Shown in pieces: positions 13,381 through 25,828 of a stretch of DNA of 64,000 bases. The position numbers and the translations under genes are program-made. Numbering within the stretch: position 1 is the first letter of the stretch; every line of letters begins with the position of its first letter. The notes below the pieces were generated by a model. That model was not told where the DNA came from. It made no database searches and saw nothing but the letters and a program-made list of their open reading frames with translations. This stretch comes from Callorhinchus milii (Eukaryota). The stretch lies in assembly GCF_018977255.1 (NCBI RefSeq), contig NW_024704743.1:39186001-39250000 (forward strand), given 5' to 3'.

Positions 13381-13683
13381 GTGGAGTCCTGTAGCTCAGT
13401 GGTTAGAGCACTCGCTTTGCAAGCGAGAGACCTGAGTTCAATTCCAGGCACAGGGCGAAACCTTGGGCAAGTTTCCTTACTCCACACAGAGCCTAATAAT
13501 AATCCCTCCAAAAAAACAAAACAATAATAAATTGGTCATTTTCAATCCATGACTATCTGTGGGACATTGCTGTGCGCAATTGGCTGCCGCATTCGCCCAC
13601 AAATGTGCACTCAATTCACATTACAGTGTGACGTCCTCCCGATGTGAAAAGCGCTATATCAAATGCAAGGATTATTATTATTC
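13381..13683 (+). mobile_element. Young tRNA-derived Deu-domain SINE (short subfamily), inserted in an L2 3' end
   Basis: A box tagctcagtgg, B box gagttcaattcc, Deu-like gggacattgctgtgcgcaattggctgccgc, L2-like tail and (tta)n. Nearly identical to 49791-50116. Confidence 0.9.
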
Positions 13684-14454
13684 TATGTGAAAATGGATAG
13701 CTCTTTCATTGAGTCAGCACATTTGCATCAAATGGTCTCCTTCTTAGCATTAATTTACATGACTGTCATGTGATGTATACACTGAAAAATAACTAAAATT
13801 GCATTTTGCTCAAGGATACACTGTAACGTGATGTGACTGTGTGTATTTTATGGGCGAAATGGGCTTTGCTTTTCAGAAGAACACAGAGAACCAACAAGTA
13901 TATGTAAGCATAACCAGGATACAACATGTTTGTTTTTAACTTAATGGAATTAATCTATTGATCTAAAGGGCAGTTCTCACATTGCGTAAAAAGACTTCAG
14001 TATGTAATGTAAACTGATGCTGATTACTGGTTTGTGTGCTGCTGTTTCAGCTCCAGGTGGAAGGGACATAAGATTACCCCACCACAGGTCACCTACTTGA
14101 AAGGGAAGAGTGGGGAGAGGATTTAATAGTGGAAAGAGTGCAGTCAAACTAAGAGGTTCACATTCTAGTTTTAACACTGATTTGTTATCACTATTGTTAT
14201 AAATTTAACACGAGCAATCCCCCACACCACCCCCTCAAGTTTACTCTCTCTTAAATCAGCATTGCGCAGATATTCTTACACAATGCACCGTGCTGGCTCT
14301 GAAGTCAGCATGGTGAAGTAAACATTCAAGTCAGAACATGTTAGCATTGCAAAGAATATTTCACCCGCATGTTAAAATGGGAATAAAGCATGTTGCCTCA
14401 AACTCCCCTCCCTCACATCGGCATTGATCCCTCTTTAGCCGAAATGCAGATTGA

Positions 14455-15445
14455 AAAACAACAAGATTACATTTGTATAGCGCCTTTCACGTCGGGAGGA
14501 CGTCCCAAGGCGTTGGACAGTGTACAGCATTTCAGACCCGAGCTGGGATCGGGGGGGGGAAAGGAGTGGAGGGGAAGGGGGATGGCCGATGGCATGGACG
14601 AAGAGGAGGGTCTTGAGGCGGGACTTGAAGGAGGCTAAGGAGGGGGCGAGGCGGAGTGACTGGGGGATGGAATTCCAGATGTTGGGGACAGAGTGGCTGA
14701 AGGCTCTCCCGCCAATGGTGGGATGGGCGGGTTGGGGGATGTGGAGTAGGCCAGAGCCAGCTGAGCGGAAGGAACAGGCGGGTTGGGAGGGTGTTAGGAG
14801 GTCGCAGAGGTAGGGTGGGGCGAGTCCGTGGAGGACTTTGTAGGTGAGGACCAGGATCTTGGATTGGATCCTCTGAAGGATAGGGAGCCAGTGGAGTCAG
14901 GCGAGAGTGGGGGAGATGGGGTCACGGAGTTTGGTGCGGGAGAGGATACGTGCTGCAGAGTTCTGGATTATCTGCAGCCTGTGGAGGGAGGAATTGGGAA
15001 GGCCGACAAGCAGGGCATGTGCGTAGTCGAGCCTGGAGGTGATGAAGGCATGAACAAGAGTTTCAGCGGCCTGAGGGGTGAGGTAGTGGCGGAGTCGGGC
15101 GATGTTACGGAGGTGAGGGAAGGCAGAGCGGGTCATGACTTGAATGTGGGGGAGAAAAGACATTTGAGGGTCGAACAAGACACTGAGGTTCCTGACTGGC
15201 TGGTGAGTTGTAGTGTGCAACCATGGAGGTTGATGCTGCCAGAGCCTGAGGTGCTGAGGCGTTGGCGCGAGTCAATCAGGAGGGCCTCAGTCTTGTTCAC
15301 ATTCAACTGTAGGAAATTTGCCCTCATCCAGGACTTGATGTCGGACAGGTAGTCTGTCAGGACAGCAGTGGTCCTGGTGTTGAAGGTAAAGGCAGAAAGA
15401 CAGTGTTGGGTGTCATCCGCATACATGTGGAAGTTGACCCCATGA
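14455..15445 (-). mobile_element. L2 LINE ~1 kb 3' fragment including the RT catalytic motif
   Basis: HGVNFHMYADDTQ (YADD), DIKSWMRANFLQLNVNKTE, AFITSRLDY; frameshifted. Confidence 0.95.
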
Positions 15446-16219
15446 GAAAGGGTTTTACCCTGATTAGGTGCACACTGCGGTGCTTGCCATTGCTTACCCA
15501 TACACTATAAACACTTCTGAATCATTTTGAAAGAGCACAGTTAAGTGTAAGTGTCCTTCCTCAAACAGTGCGAAAAATGAGACTTGCAAACTCATAAGAT
15601 CATAATTACATTGGGTTATTGAATGCACATTGTATTTGACTGCACTCTCTCCAGGAAGAATCATCCCCCACCATCAAGGTGAAAATTATCACTTCACAAT
15701 TGACCGTTTTTATCCTTTTGTTGTGCTAGCTATAGAATTCCACTGCAAATACTTTCCTCTTTTGTTGCATGAATGTTCATGACAGCATGAAACATGCTGA
15801 CTGTCACCACTGATGTAAGAGATTAAACCATCCAAAAACGCATGTATGTCTGTTTATTTTTTTTAAAAGTGGAAGTAATTGCACAACTGAAATCTAATGC
15901 TTCAGATGACTCCAGAATCACTCATGTTTTGCTATTGCAGTTTAGGGAACAAAGTGCTCACTACTTTCTAATTGCTCTGTTAGTTCAGTTGTGAAACTGA
16001 GTACAGAACATGTTTTGACATGAGAAACTTTAAAGATGTTTAACAATAACAATTACCAACCAGCAAATGGCTTGACTTACTTAGATTGGCAACAGTCATC
16101 CTCTCTAACTTCAAAATTTGTGCTTTATAATTTCTGCTCGTCTGTCAATCTCTTTGAAGTCTTTGCTATTTTCTATAACATCTTTGCAGGTGAATGTTAC
16201 ACAAAGAAAACATTTTTAT

Positions 16220-16356
16220 GTTGTAGCTCAGTAGTTAAGAGCACTCACCTCACAAACGAGAGGACCTGGGTTTAATTCCCGGGCAAGGCGAAACCTTGGG
16301 CAAGTTTCCTTACTCCACATGTCTCTGTTTACCTAGCAGTAAGTAGGAACCCAGCC
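16220..16356 (+). mobile_element. tRNA-derived SINE 5' part (long subfamily)
   Basis: gtagctcagtagttaagagcactcacctcacaa...ggcgaaaccttgggcaagtttccttactccac...gtaagtaggaaccc. Confidence 0.85.
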
Positions 16357-16364
16357 TCAACCAC

Positions 16365-16560
16365 ACCTCCTGGACACCTGTTCCAGTCTTAATTATCCTC
16401 TCGATAAAGAAATATTTCTTGCTGTTTGGAATTCTAAACCTATGTCCACTTGTTCTACTGCCTCGGTGCATCTTAAAGTATTCTGGGTTTATTTTCTCAA
16501 TCCAATTTAATATTTTATGCATCTCTATAATCTCTCCTCTGAGACATCTCTTTTTAAGTG
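16365..16560 (-). mobile_element. CR1 ORF2 C-terminal fragment
   Basis: HKILNWIEKINPEYF..SRTSGHRF..KKYFFIERII; homologous to 40590-40880. Confidence 0.75.
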
Positions 16561-16589
16561 CTCTCTTTCAAGTGCCCAATTCTGTGTCA

Positions 16590-17005
16590 ATCTAGCTCAG
16601 TTGATAGCACTCTTCCCTCTGAGTCAGAAGGTTGCGGTTTCACATCCATTTGACTTGAAAGGCACTATTCAAATGTAATTTCTTGTTGTTGTTGTTCAAA
16701 CTCCGTGTTGCCACTTCGAGCTCTCACTGTCTAGGCTGACACTCCAATGCACTGCTTCATGCTTCATTATTGGAGTTGCTGTCTTTTGGGTGAGTAGTTA
16801 AAGTGAGGTCCTGTCTATCTGTTCAGGTGACATTAAAAGTCCCGTGGCACTTTTCAAAAAAGGAGTTTTTCCTGGTGCCCTGGCCAACAAACCTCCATTC
16901 ACTTCATGGTTGTTCATGGAATATTGCTATGTGGAAATTGCCTGCCATATTGGTCCACAAAAATATAGTCACTGCTCTTTATCACATGTATTATTATTAT
17001 TATTG
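16590..17005 (+). mobile_element. Old Deu-domain SINE with tRNA head, interrupted by a short L2 tail (~16650-16696)
   Basis: tagctcagttgatagcactctt..tctgagtcagaaggttgcggttt, ggctgacactccaatgca, gttcaggtgacattaaaagtccc, (tta)n. Confidence 0.75.
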
Positions 17006-18951
17006 TTGCTTATCCTCTAACACTAGGGATTGTCCTGGTTGCTCTCCTATGCATTGCCTATTGAGCTTGGACAGCCTCCTTATAGCGCAGCAACCACTCT
17101 AGGTTTGACCCTGACTAGAACACTGTACAGCTTAAGTATTCTGGGGATCTGAATTCAACTGATTTGCCTTGTTTATTGCTGCTTCACACTGTTTTGATAG
17201 ATCTCTTTCAGCTTTCCTCTCGGCAAGCTCTATCCCATCCATGAAGTACGTGTGCCTGTTACATTTACGTCCTATATGCAGTACTTTAAGTTAACCGTTT
17301 GTCCCGCAAACCAGCACTTAAATGTCACACTTAATGGATGGCAAGATCAATTAATACTACAGATGATTTTAGACCCAACTTTTGTGTCACAGTTGAAGGG
17401 AGGGTGGTCAGACCTATGGCCAGACATTGATAGAATGGAACGTTACATTTCCCCCCCTCTTTAATTGTGTTGAATGTATCTTGACCACAAACCTGTTTGC
17501 CTGCAAGAACATGTGAGCCATTCATAGTAAATTGAAGACCGAAATGATGGAGTTTTCCAAATTGTTTATCCACATGACTTACTAGCTACCAAAACTTTTT
17601 TTTTCAGCTGAAGTATGAATGCGTATCTGGAAGTACAGTACAGGGTAGCATACAGCTGAAGGGGTTCAGATAGTCTAAACTGGGAACAAAGCTTAACCAG
17701 TTCTATAAACGTCATCTGCACCTTGAGATCAGCCTTGATCAGTTGTCTGCATGATTTGCAAGGAGCTTTACAGTTAATGTTTCTGACTGTTTTTGGGACT
17801 ACTCTGTGACCTTCACAGAAGAGTACAACTTCACTTTTGATCTAATTACAGTCAGTTTTCCACAAAGTACTTGGAGTAAATTATAGACATTTCTTGCACA
17901 GCAAGGGGCCAATTGTGCATTTAGTTGCTGGATCAAGCAGAGACTTCTCTGTCTTCAAATTTAAAAAAAATTAATCTTAATCTGGAAGCAATCATCAAAC
18001 TCTAATAATAATGTGTATCTATAACATTATCCGGTGCTGCAGCATATCTATGTAAACACAGCTTCACAGCTGTTTTAACCACACCTGGTTTTTCAAAAGT
18101 CAAATCATTTGAATACATATGGTTGACGGTAAATTATTTACATAATTTTGAAAAGACGCGTAATTTTCTTGCTTGGACTAACCAAACAATGTTTTCTTTT
18201 TAATCTGCATTAAAATGGCTTCCAAATTAAGATTGAAAGTAAGAATTTCCAAAATTCAGCACAATCTTAAATTTTAAGATACTGGACTTATAAGGGCAAA
18301 TCCATGGACAAATTTTGACTTCAGGTCACCAAAGGATATTATTGTATACTGTAGAGCAAAATGGTAAGCAATATTCATCTGGTCATTAAGAATAATGCTG
18401 AAAAATTAAAAAGCAGAAAGCAAAAATGTAAATATAGAATGGATTTTAGATACAGTATTTCTAATAAAGCAAACTATCATGGGAAAAAAAATAATCTCAG
18501 AGTATCTTCACAATTTTCCAGACACCTAATAGTTTTGAAATAAAATGTGCCAATTTCTTAAGCAAAGTGTTGTTTCATTAGTTTTCAATTGAAAACCATT
18601 TGTTAAATGAATATAAAGAAATGCTGCCAGTAATATTGTAACAATAGTAAAGGCATTGGGAAAATAGACTATAAAACTTGCTCATGACCAGAATTAATCT
18701 GACACTATCACAGTCTATTAATAATGACCTAATAAGCATTTCCTAGTTCCAAATTTAGCTTGATTTAAAAACAAAGATGGCTTTATTCCTTAATTTGGTA
18801 TTGATGTTGAAAAAGCTCTTCTTGGGAACGTGGAAGTGTTACTGATGTCTTGTCACCAGAAAGGACAACCTTGTGACCAAAACTGCATTTTGCTTCATGA
18901 AAACCATGTATAAGTCATGCTGATCACAGGATTGCCCAGGTCAGTCTACAG

Positions 18952-19000
18952 CAGTGGTGGCCAACCTGCAGCCCTCAGGCCAGAAGTGGCCCACAGGGCT
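18952..19000 (+). mobile_element. Possible solo left end of a hAT (Charlie-like) non-autonomous element
   Basis: cagtggtggccaacctgcagccctcaggcc resembles recalled hAT ends (CAGGGGTCGGCAA..CGGCCC). No right end was found. Confidence 0.35.
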
Positions 19001-19544
19001 GTCACAAAGCATCTCCTCCTCCTGAACATTCACACAAGTCTAGATGAGTCGATGTTTGATCAGTAGTGTGTTTTCATTTTATTTTCGATTGAATATTTCT
19101 TGATTTATATCAAATCACAGAATGAAGTGGCTGCTTGGTTTCATTGCAAATACAATGTACAGTATGCAAATATAACTTCTTTCATCTGGAGTTACCGAGT
19201 CACAATAGTCTGTCTGGTTTGGATAGGCGTGAACATGCTGGTAGATTTCCACAAGTGTCAGACACCCGGATGACCCTTTTTTAAAAATCTTGTGTGGCTA
19301 TGGAGTACCTATCTGCCTGAATTCACAAGCTGGATTCAATGCATTAGCTCCAAGCTCTGGTTCTAATTACAGAAGTCCATCGAATTTTAGATATTTGAAA
19401 ACAGCCAGGAGGAAAGTTCTGAAAATTGTCAAAATGTGATGACAAAATGTCCGGAGATTCAAACATCGTCGGGCTATTATGCTCTGCAGCTTTTATTCAT
19501 ACTGAGCCGACTTCTAGGATTTGCATATAGCTGTTTTGCAACTA

Positions 19545-20492
19545 TCAACAATACCAACAAGAATAATGCACATTTATATAGCACCCTTCATGCAGGGCGA
19601 TATCACAAATCTAGTGGAGGGAAACAGGCAAGGTTGGTAAGCTTTGAGGAGGTTGCAGTAGAGTGTGGTAAGACAATAGAGGGATTTGAAGGTCAGGACA
19701 AGGATCTTGATCTTGATCTGATGGGGGATGGGGAGCTTGTGGAGCCAGACGAGGATAGTGGTGATAGGCTCACAGAGCCTAGAACAGGAAAGGACATGAG
19801 TTACAGAGTTCTGGAGAGTCAGTAGCTTGTGTGGGGAAGAGTCAGGTGGGCAGAGAGTCTGGTGAGCAGAGTTAGCGTAATCAATCTTGAACATGATAAA
19901 TGCATGGATTAGGGTTTGGGTGGCCCAAGGGGAGAGGTAGGATTAGAGATGGGCAATGTTACAGAGCTGAGGAAAAGCTTAGCAGGACAGAGTGCAAATT
20001 TGAGGTTTAAAGGACAGTTGGGAGTCAACCAAGTCACCGATGTTCTACACCAACTCCGCAACGTGGGGTGTGTATCCATGCAGGTTGATGATATCGGTGC
20101 CCAAAGACGCCAAGCAGGATAATCCCTGTCTTGTGACATTGCCCTGGAGAAATTAGCTCTCATCCAGAATTTGATGTCCGACAGGCAATTCATCAGAAAA
20201 ACAGTGGTCCTGGAATGGAAGATGCAGAGAGATAGAGTTGATTGTCATCCGCATACATGCGGAAGTTAACCCCATGTCTGTGGATGAGTGGGAGATATAG
20301 ATATATATAGTACAGAAGAGGAGAGGACCATGGTTAGAGCCCTGCATGTAACACTGCATGTAACTATGCTGAGGTGGGAGGAGAAGCCATTAGAAGAGAC
20401 TGGGATAGGTAAGAGTGAAACCAGGACAGGACAGAACCATGAAGGTTGAGCTGAGTGGCGAGGTGGCAGCGTGTGATTAATGGTGTCAAACA
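19545..20492 (-). mobile_element. Degraded L2 ORF2 fragment
   Basis: FDTINHT, QGSNHGPLLF, ttccgcatgtatgcggatgac (YADD), CLSDIKFWMRANF, LHKLPIPHQIKIKIL. Confidence 0.88.
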
Positions 20493-20559
20493 TAGCAGAG
20501 AGATGAAGAAGAACACAGAGCCAGAGAGAGACCGGGTCACAGATGGAGAGAATGCTATT

Positions 20560-21450
20560 GCTATGTCATTAAATGCGATTTGTGAATACCTCAGATGAGA
20601 ACCAATGTGCCAAACAATCATTTTTGTCAAACAGTCTCCTGCTGAGTAGTTTAATTTTGATACTTTTGATAAGCCTACTATTTGCACAGCAGCAGATATA
20701 ATCAAAGATACTACAGTCTAATCCACGAAGAATCAGCATTTTTCTTCTTTGGTTGGTCCCAAGCACCTTTCGTATTTGCACAGATCATTAATCTACAAAA
20801 GATAATTATCAGCTTCCCTGGAAGTATTGATTCCAAGTGAACTCTTTCAGAGGATAAATGTGATCGTAACATTTTCCAAAACGATGTACTCCTGCTTTGT
20901 GTACGGTTCTTGCATAACTCCAAAAGCAGTTGGAGTAAAATTTAGTCTTTCCAAACTTTGTTTAAAGTTTTGATCTTTTGATTTAGGTTTTTAGCTCAAT
21001 TTGTTTTTTCCTGTTTGAATTTTGTTCTTAAGAAGAAAAGAATTAAACCATATAGTTAAACTTACATGAATGACAGCTTCAAACAAGCTACCAATTTATT
21101 CTTTATCTTATTTGTTTCTGCCTGCTTCTATGTCTCTTACCTCACTTGCAATTGTGGACCTCTTGTTACTTCTATCCGTTCCCCATGTTGTATCAAGCCT
21201 TCATGTGGTTGGCCACAGTTGTTTTCATGGGTCTAATAAGTTTACATGTAATAGTCAGCTTTTTCCATCTTTGCCATATACTGAACTTATCCTTTGCTGT
21301 AAACTTATGGATTCCTCGATCTTACAAAACTGCTCAGCCATCAGCTTTCCCAAGAGTAGAACCAATTGCTCCACGCTCCTAGTGTCTAATTTTATAATTT
21401 GTCACAGCTTAAAGCAATCTTTACTTTCAAGAAGACATAAAAAATCTGAA
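20560..21450 (-). mobile_element. Possible heavily decayed L1/Tx1-type ORF1 remnant
   Basis: Stitched minus frames give a coiled-coil-like EQFCKIEESISLQQRISSV, then ERVHL..PGKLIII..RKVL..LILRGLDCSIFD-ISAAVQ..KSIKIKLLSRRL, in the order expected for ORF1p RRM/CTD motifs. Confidence 0.4.
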
Positions 21451-22335
21451 ACAAGGAGTGAGACAAGAAATCCCCCAAAGAGCTATCATTTTATATACCT
21501 CCTTCGTTTCGCGTAGAATCTTGATATTATGAAAATCTCTTACTTGGAAATCTTTTACTTTAAATACAATTGCATTTTAATTAAAAAAATTAAGGTGATT
21601 GATATTAATATCTCAGGGAAGTCTTTCCCACCCAGAGTCACTGTCTGGATGGAATACTGTTCTGGGCATATGGAAATTTAAGCAGTGTTAATTAAATTCG
21701 CTGAACCCGAGTTGCTCAAACCATTAATGCAAATAGAGTCCTTGGCTTTATGTTCAGAGGAAGAGTGCATGAAACTAGGGAAATAATGTTTAATTAATAT
21801 AAAACTTTGATTAACCCACATTTGGAGTACTGTGTACATTTTGTATTGTATTGCATCAATTGAAAAACATGAGTATATAAGTGTGAGCTGTATTTTGTGC
21901 TCATTGTAAACCATTTGTAAACTCTTGTGTACAGAGTGAATTAGGTGCACCCATTTTGGTAAACAGTAAAGTTCCTGTGGCACTATTCAAAAAAAGAAAG
22001 GAGTGTCTTAACCAAATTCAATTAATTTTACAGTATATCCCAGAAAAGTGCTTTGAGCATCTCGATGACATAAGGAGCTATATAAAATGCAAGGAACAGT
22101 ATTAAAATAAAATTGGTTATTCACTTCATGGTTGTTTGTGGGATATTGCTATGTGCAAATTGGCTGCTACCTTCGCCTACAAAACTTACAGTTACAACAC
22201 TTTGCAATGGATCCTGTGAAGTGCTTTGAGACATCCTCCCAATGTGAAAAACACAATATCAAATTTATAAAATTGTTGGGCTTGAAGCCACTTGTGATAG
22301 CCTTTGAATCAACCTATTGCCCTACTGACTGCTGA

Positions 22336-22696
22336 TAATAATAAAATAATAATAATAATAATCGTTCCATTTGATAATGCCTTATCATGTCTTTCAGATG
22401 TCTCTGAGTGCTTCACAGAATATACTGTAAATTGACTATATTTTGTGGGTGAAACATGGCAGACAATTGCACACAGCAGTTTCCCACAAACATTCGTAGA
22501 TTGAGTGACAAAATTATTGGTTTATGTTTTTTAATCGAGTTTTTGTTTTGAAAAGATTGTTAGCCCCAGAAAAGTGATCTGCCAATCAACTAACAACTGG
22601 GTTCCTACTTACTGCTAGGTAAGCAGAGGCACGTGGAGTAAGGAAACTTGCCCAACGTTTCACCCTGCTGGGAATCGGACCCAGGTCCTCTCGCTG
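22336..22696 (-). mobile_element. tRNA-derived SINE (long subfamily)
   Basis: (aat)n, gcagacaattgcacacagca, gggttcctacttactgctaggtaagcagagg..gtggagtaaggaaacttgccca, cccaggtcctctcgc. Confidence 0.85.
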
Positions 22697-25539
22697 ATGA
22701 CATTTCAGTCGTGTCATTTCGTTGGATACTCCCTTAACTCAACTTTTCTTCCAAAACATTCTTGCAGTGTTTATCTTATTTCTGCTCCCCCACTATTCAC
22801 CTTATTCCCATTGACTTAATTGGTGCTTCACCACTTGACCTACTGGGATGAAATTACAATATTTGCAAATGGGATTCAAGACTATTTTGGCTTATGGTTC
22901 GCAAAAATATTGGATTGCGAGAATTGCGATGAAATTCACAATGGAGGGAATTCCAGAGGTTAGGGGTATAGGATCAGAAAGCTTGAGTAAAAATCATGCA
23001 ATAAGTGACAATTGAAGATGTCAGCAAAACATTCTGGATCCAGCTTCAGATGTGACCACTGTGCCAAAGTCAGGGGCTGTTCACACCTGAAAAACAGGTA
23101 ATTATTGCCTAAAATTCCATTGCTTCTTAACAGATTCAATATGAGTGAACCATCGTACTTTTCACCTCATAAAATGTGAATAGTTATTGCAGCTCTTCCC
23201 TGTCCAAGATAATCCAATTTCCAACATTCTTGACACATTCTACATTAATTTCTCTGATCCCACATGTTGTGTTGTACACAACAGTTTCTTTCACCTATTA
23301 ATCTTGTTACTCCACCAACTCTGGAATTTGCTACTGTGCTTTATATATATATATTTATATATTATATATATGTATAAAATCACCTCCCACCCCACTGCAT
23401 AAAACTACCCAGTGTCACTTATTGCAAACATTCAATATAAATAAGTTAAATAATTAGGGATGAAGTAAAGAGGTGTATAATTTTAGTTGAATGTTTAAAG
23501 ATTAATGGGCAGATTTCAGAATGTAAACTGAAGCTTGTAGAAATGCAGAAAGGTAGCTATGCACAGATGTTTTTCATTGTTGAAACAAATTAGAAAAGTT
23601 ATATGACATCCCAGAATTAATGTTTATTGTAACAGCTTGACTGGAATCACTTTAATATAAATTAGTTTTTGTTAGTTTATCAGAAATGTGCAATGTGGCT
23701 GAAAGATTTAGTTATGGAACTGTTTTAGGACACCAGATGAACAGTCAGTATGCTACTTGCTTTGAGTTTATAGTATTAGGCCTTGCACTATGATCTTCTT
23801 TTAAGCTATTGCACATGCTTAGCATGTTCATTTATTGATAACTGGAGGATAGTATAAACTATAGAGTACAACTATATTTCTTTGCAGTCTCATCTCTGTC
23901 CACTCTTAGTAAATCATTGGTTCTCTTCTTGCCACTCTCCCTGTCCTACCTTCTTTTAGCCTTTGCCTGGCATTCACCATTCAGTCTTCCCCGTCATTCA
24001 CAACATTTGCTAAGATATCATCCAAATCCTTGCATTACTAAACAGTAGTGTGTAATTTGACATCATGGGGAAGCACCAACACAGAGCATGTCTAAGCTAA
24101 AACAGACAAGGCACTTTGACTCTTACCCAGGTCATTCTACTGATGGATGCCATTCTCTCAAGCAAGCCTGAATGTTATGCTGGCAATGACAGTTCTTCAC
24201 CAACACATTCTCCTTAAATTGACAAATTTAATGTTCTTCAAAAGGAAAATCCACTGGGATTGGGATAGACATCAGGACTTGGAAAAATAGTAAGTAGGGG
24301 TGAAACTTGTGATATTTCATAGCACTTTCCTGCCATAAAGTTCACACCATAATAACAGTTTCAGATTGGAGCAGATTATTGATCCATCTAGCACATCTAT
24401 TCAAGTTTCCGAAAGCTTCCCCAGCTAAAACCTCTGGCCTCCTCTGATCAAAGATCACTATCGGAGCAGGTGTCACACACTCAAGCAGGGAATAAACATG
24501 AAGCAAGAGACATGCTCCAGTCCTTTATTGTGAGTGCATATCTTCGGTATTATTCCTAGAAGTTGTTCAGGCTATTTGTAATCCTTGCTGTTCCTTGAGG
24601 AATATTGCAGAATAGTTTGGAGAAAGATGTGCCTGCAGATATTGGGAGCCTGCAGGAATGTCTATGCTTCAGAGAGAGAGATTTAATGTAGTTAGCTTGC
24701 ACTGCCGTTGGGTGTAAATCTGAGTGTTGGAGGTATCACTAGATCTATAGGTAGCTGAAGAAATCTTGATATTTAGCTTGTCCACAAGGTGCTGGAAGAT
24801 CATAATCTGGCAATTGGCTTTGGGAGGAGGTGATTGCTTTCATCTTTAAACAATTTGTTTCAAATTAGATTTGAGCTGAAAAGCATAAACATTTGGGCTT
24901 TCAATCATTATGCTGCAGGGTTTTTTTTCTGCTGATTGAATAAAAAAAAGAGCACCAGAGGTCCTTTGTTTATATGTAAAACTTCTTCCAATGTTCATTA
25001 TAATCACTTGAGCTACTCTTAGGAATGCAGGCTGATACTGAGCATGAGCGCCTGATCTTTTAACCAGTCTAATCTTACAGCGATTAGTGGATGGTTAAGT
25101 AAAATATTAAGAATCTGATTGGCTGGCCAGCAGTCCCAAATTCCTTGGGAAAGAATTTGCCTTTCAGAACAAACTCCACTACATGTTGAAGCATGCGTCT
25201 ATTGCACCAGTAATGTTTCTGGCTTCTGATGGGATGAAACTTCAGCAAGGTTTTCAGAGCAGGGTGTTACAGCAGCTAAGCCAATCCACAATAGCAACAT
25301 ATTCCCTTTTCTTTATAGAATTCCCATCTCAGGATTCCCTGAGCAAGGCATCTGATGCTGGGGAATCCATTCTACTTTTGACATTGTCAAGCGCTTTTAC
25401 GTCAGTGCACCTTCTACTCTGCCTCAACCTCACAAGAATACCTCCTGTTCAATTGGTATGGATTTCCCTCTGCCCTTCCCCCCACACACATCCTTAAACA
25501 GCCATCCTGTTGCTCTCTGTGTACGATTGCTAGTTTTGT

Positions 25540-25828
25540 CCTTGCACGCAACCATGAAGTGAACATCTGGAGGATTGTTGGTCACCAGGCGAAACTCCCT
25601 TCATTTTTCAAATACCATCATGGGATCATTAACATTAACCTGAACAGCCAGATAGAAACTTGATTTAACATCTCACCTGAAGGACAGCACCTCCGACAAT
25701 GCTGTGCACCTCCAGCATTCTATTCGAGTGTCGGCTCAGACCATGAGCTCAATGTCCCAACATAGGCTTTGAACCCACAGTCTTCTGTCTCAGAGACCAG
25801 AGAGTTATCAACTGAACCAGGCTGATCC
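25540..25828 (-). mobile_element. Old Deu-domain SINE
   Basis: atgggatcattaacattaacctgaacag..ttaacatctcacctgaaggacagcacc..tttgaacccacagtcttctgtctcaga. Confidence 0.72.

Noticed and set aside
13381..13460. tRNA-Ala/Val genes at 13381, 38701 and 49791
   Set aside because: Each continues into a SINE body and L2-like tail with no Pol III terminator after the acceptor stem; these are SINE heads.
8051..15501. Long ORFs at 8051, 11043, 12163, 14828 and 15133 as host genes or active RT
   Set aside because: All are 5'-truncated, frameshifted L2 ORF2 pieces or their antisense frames.
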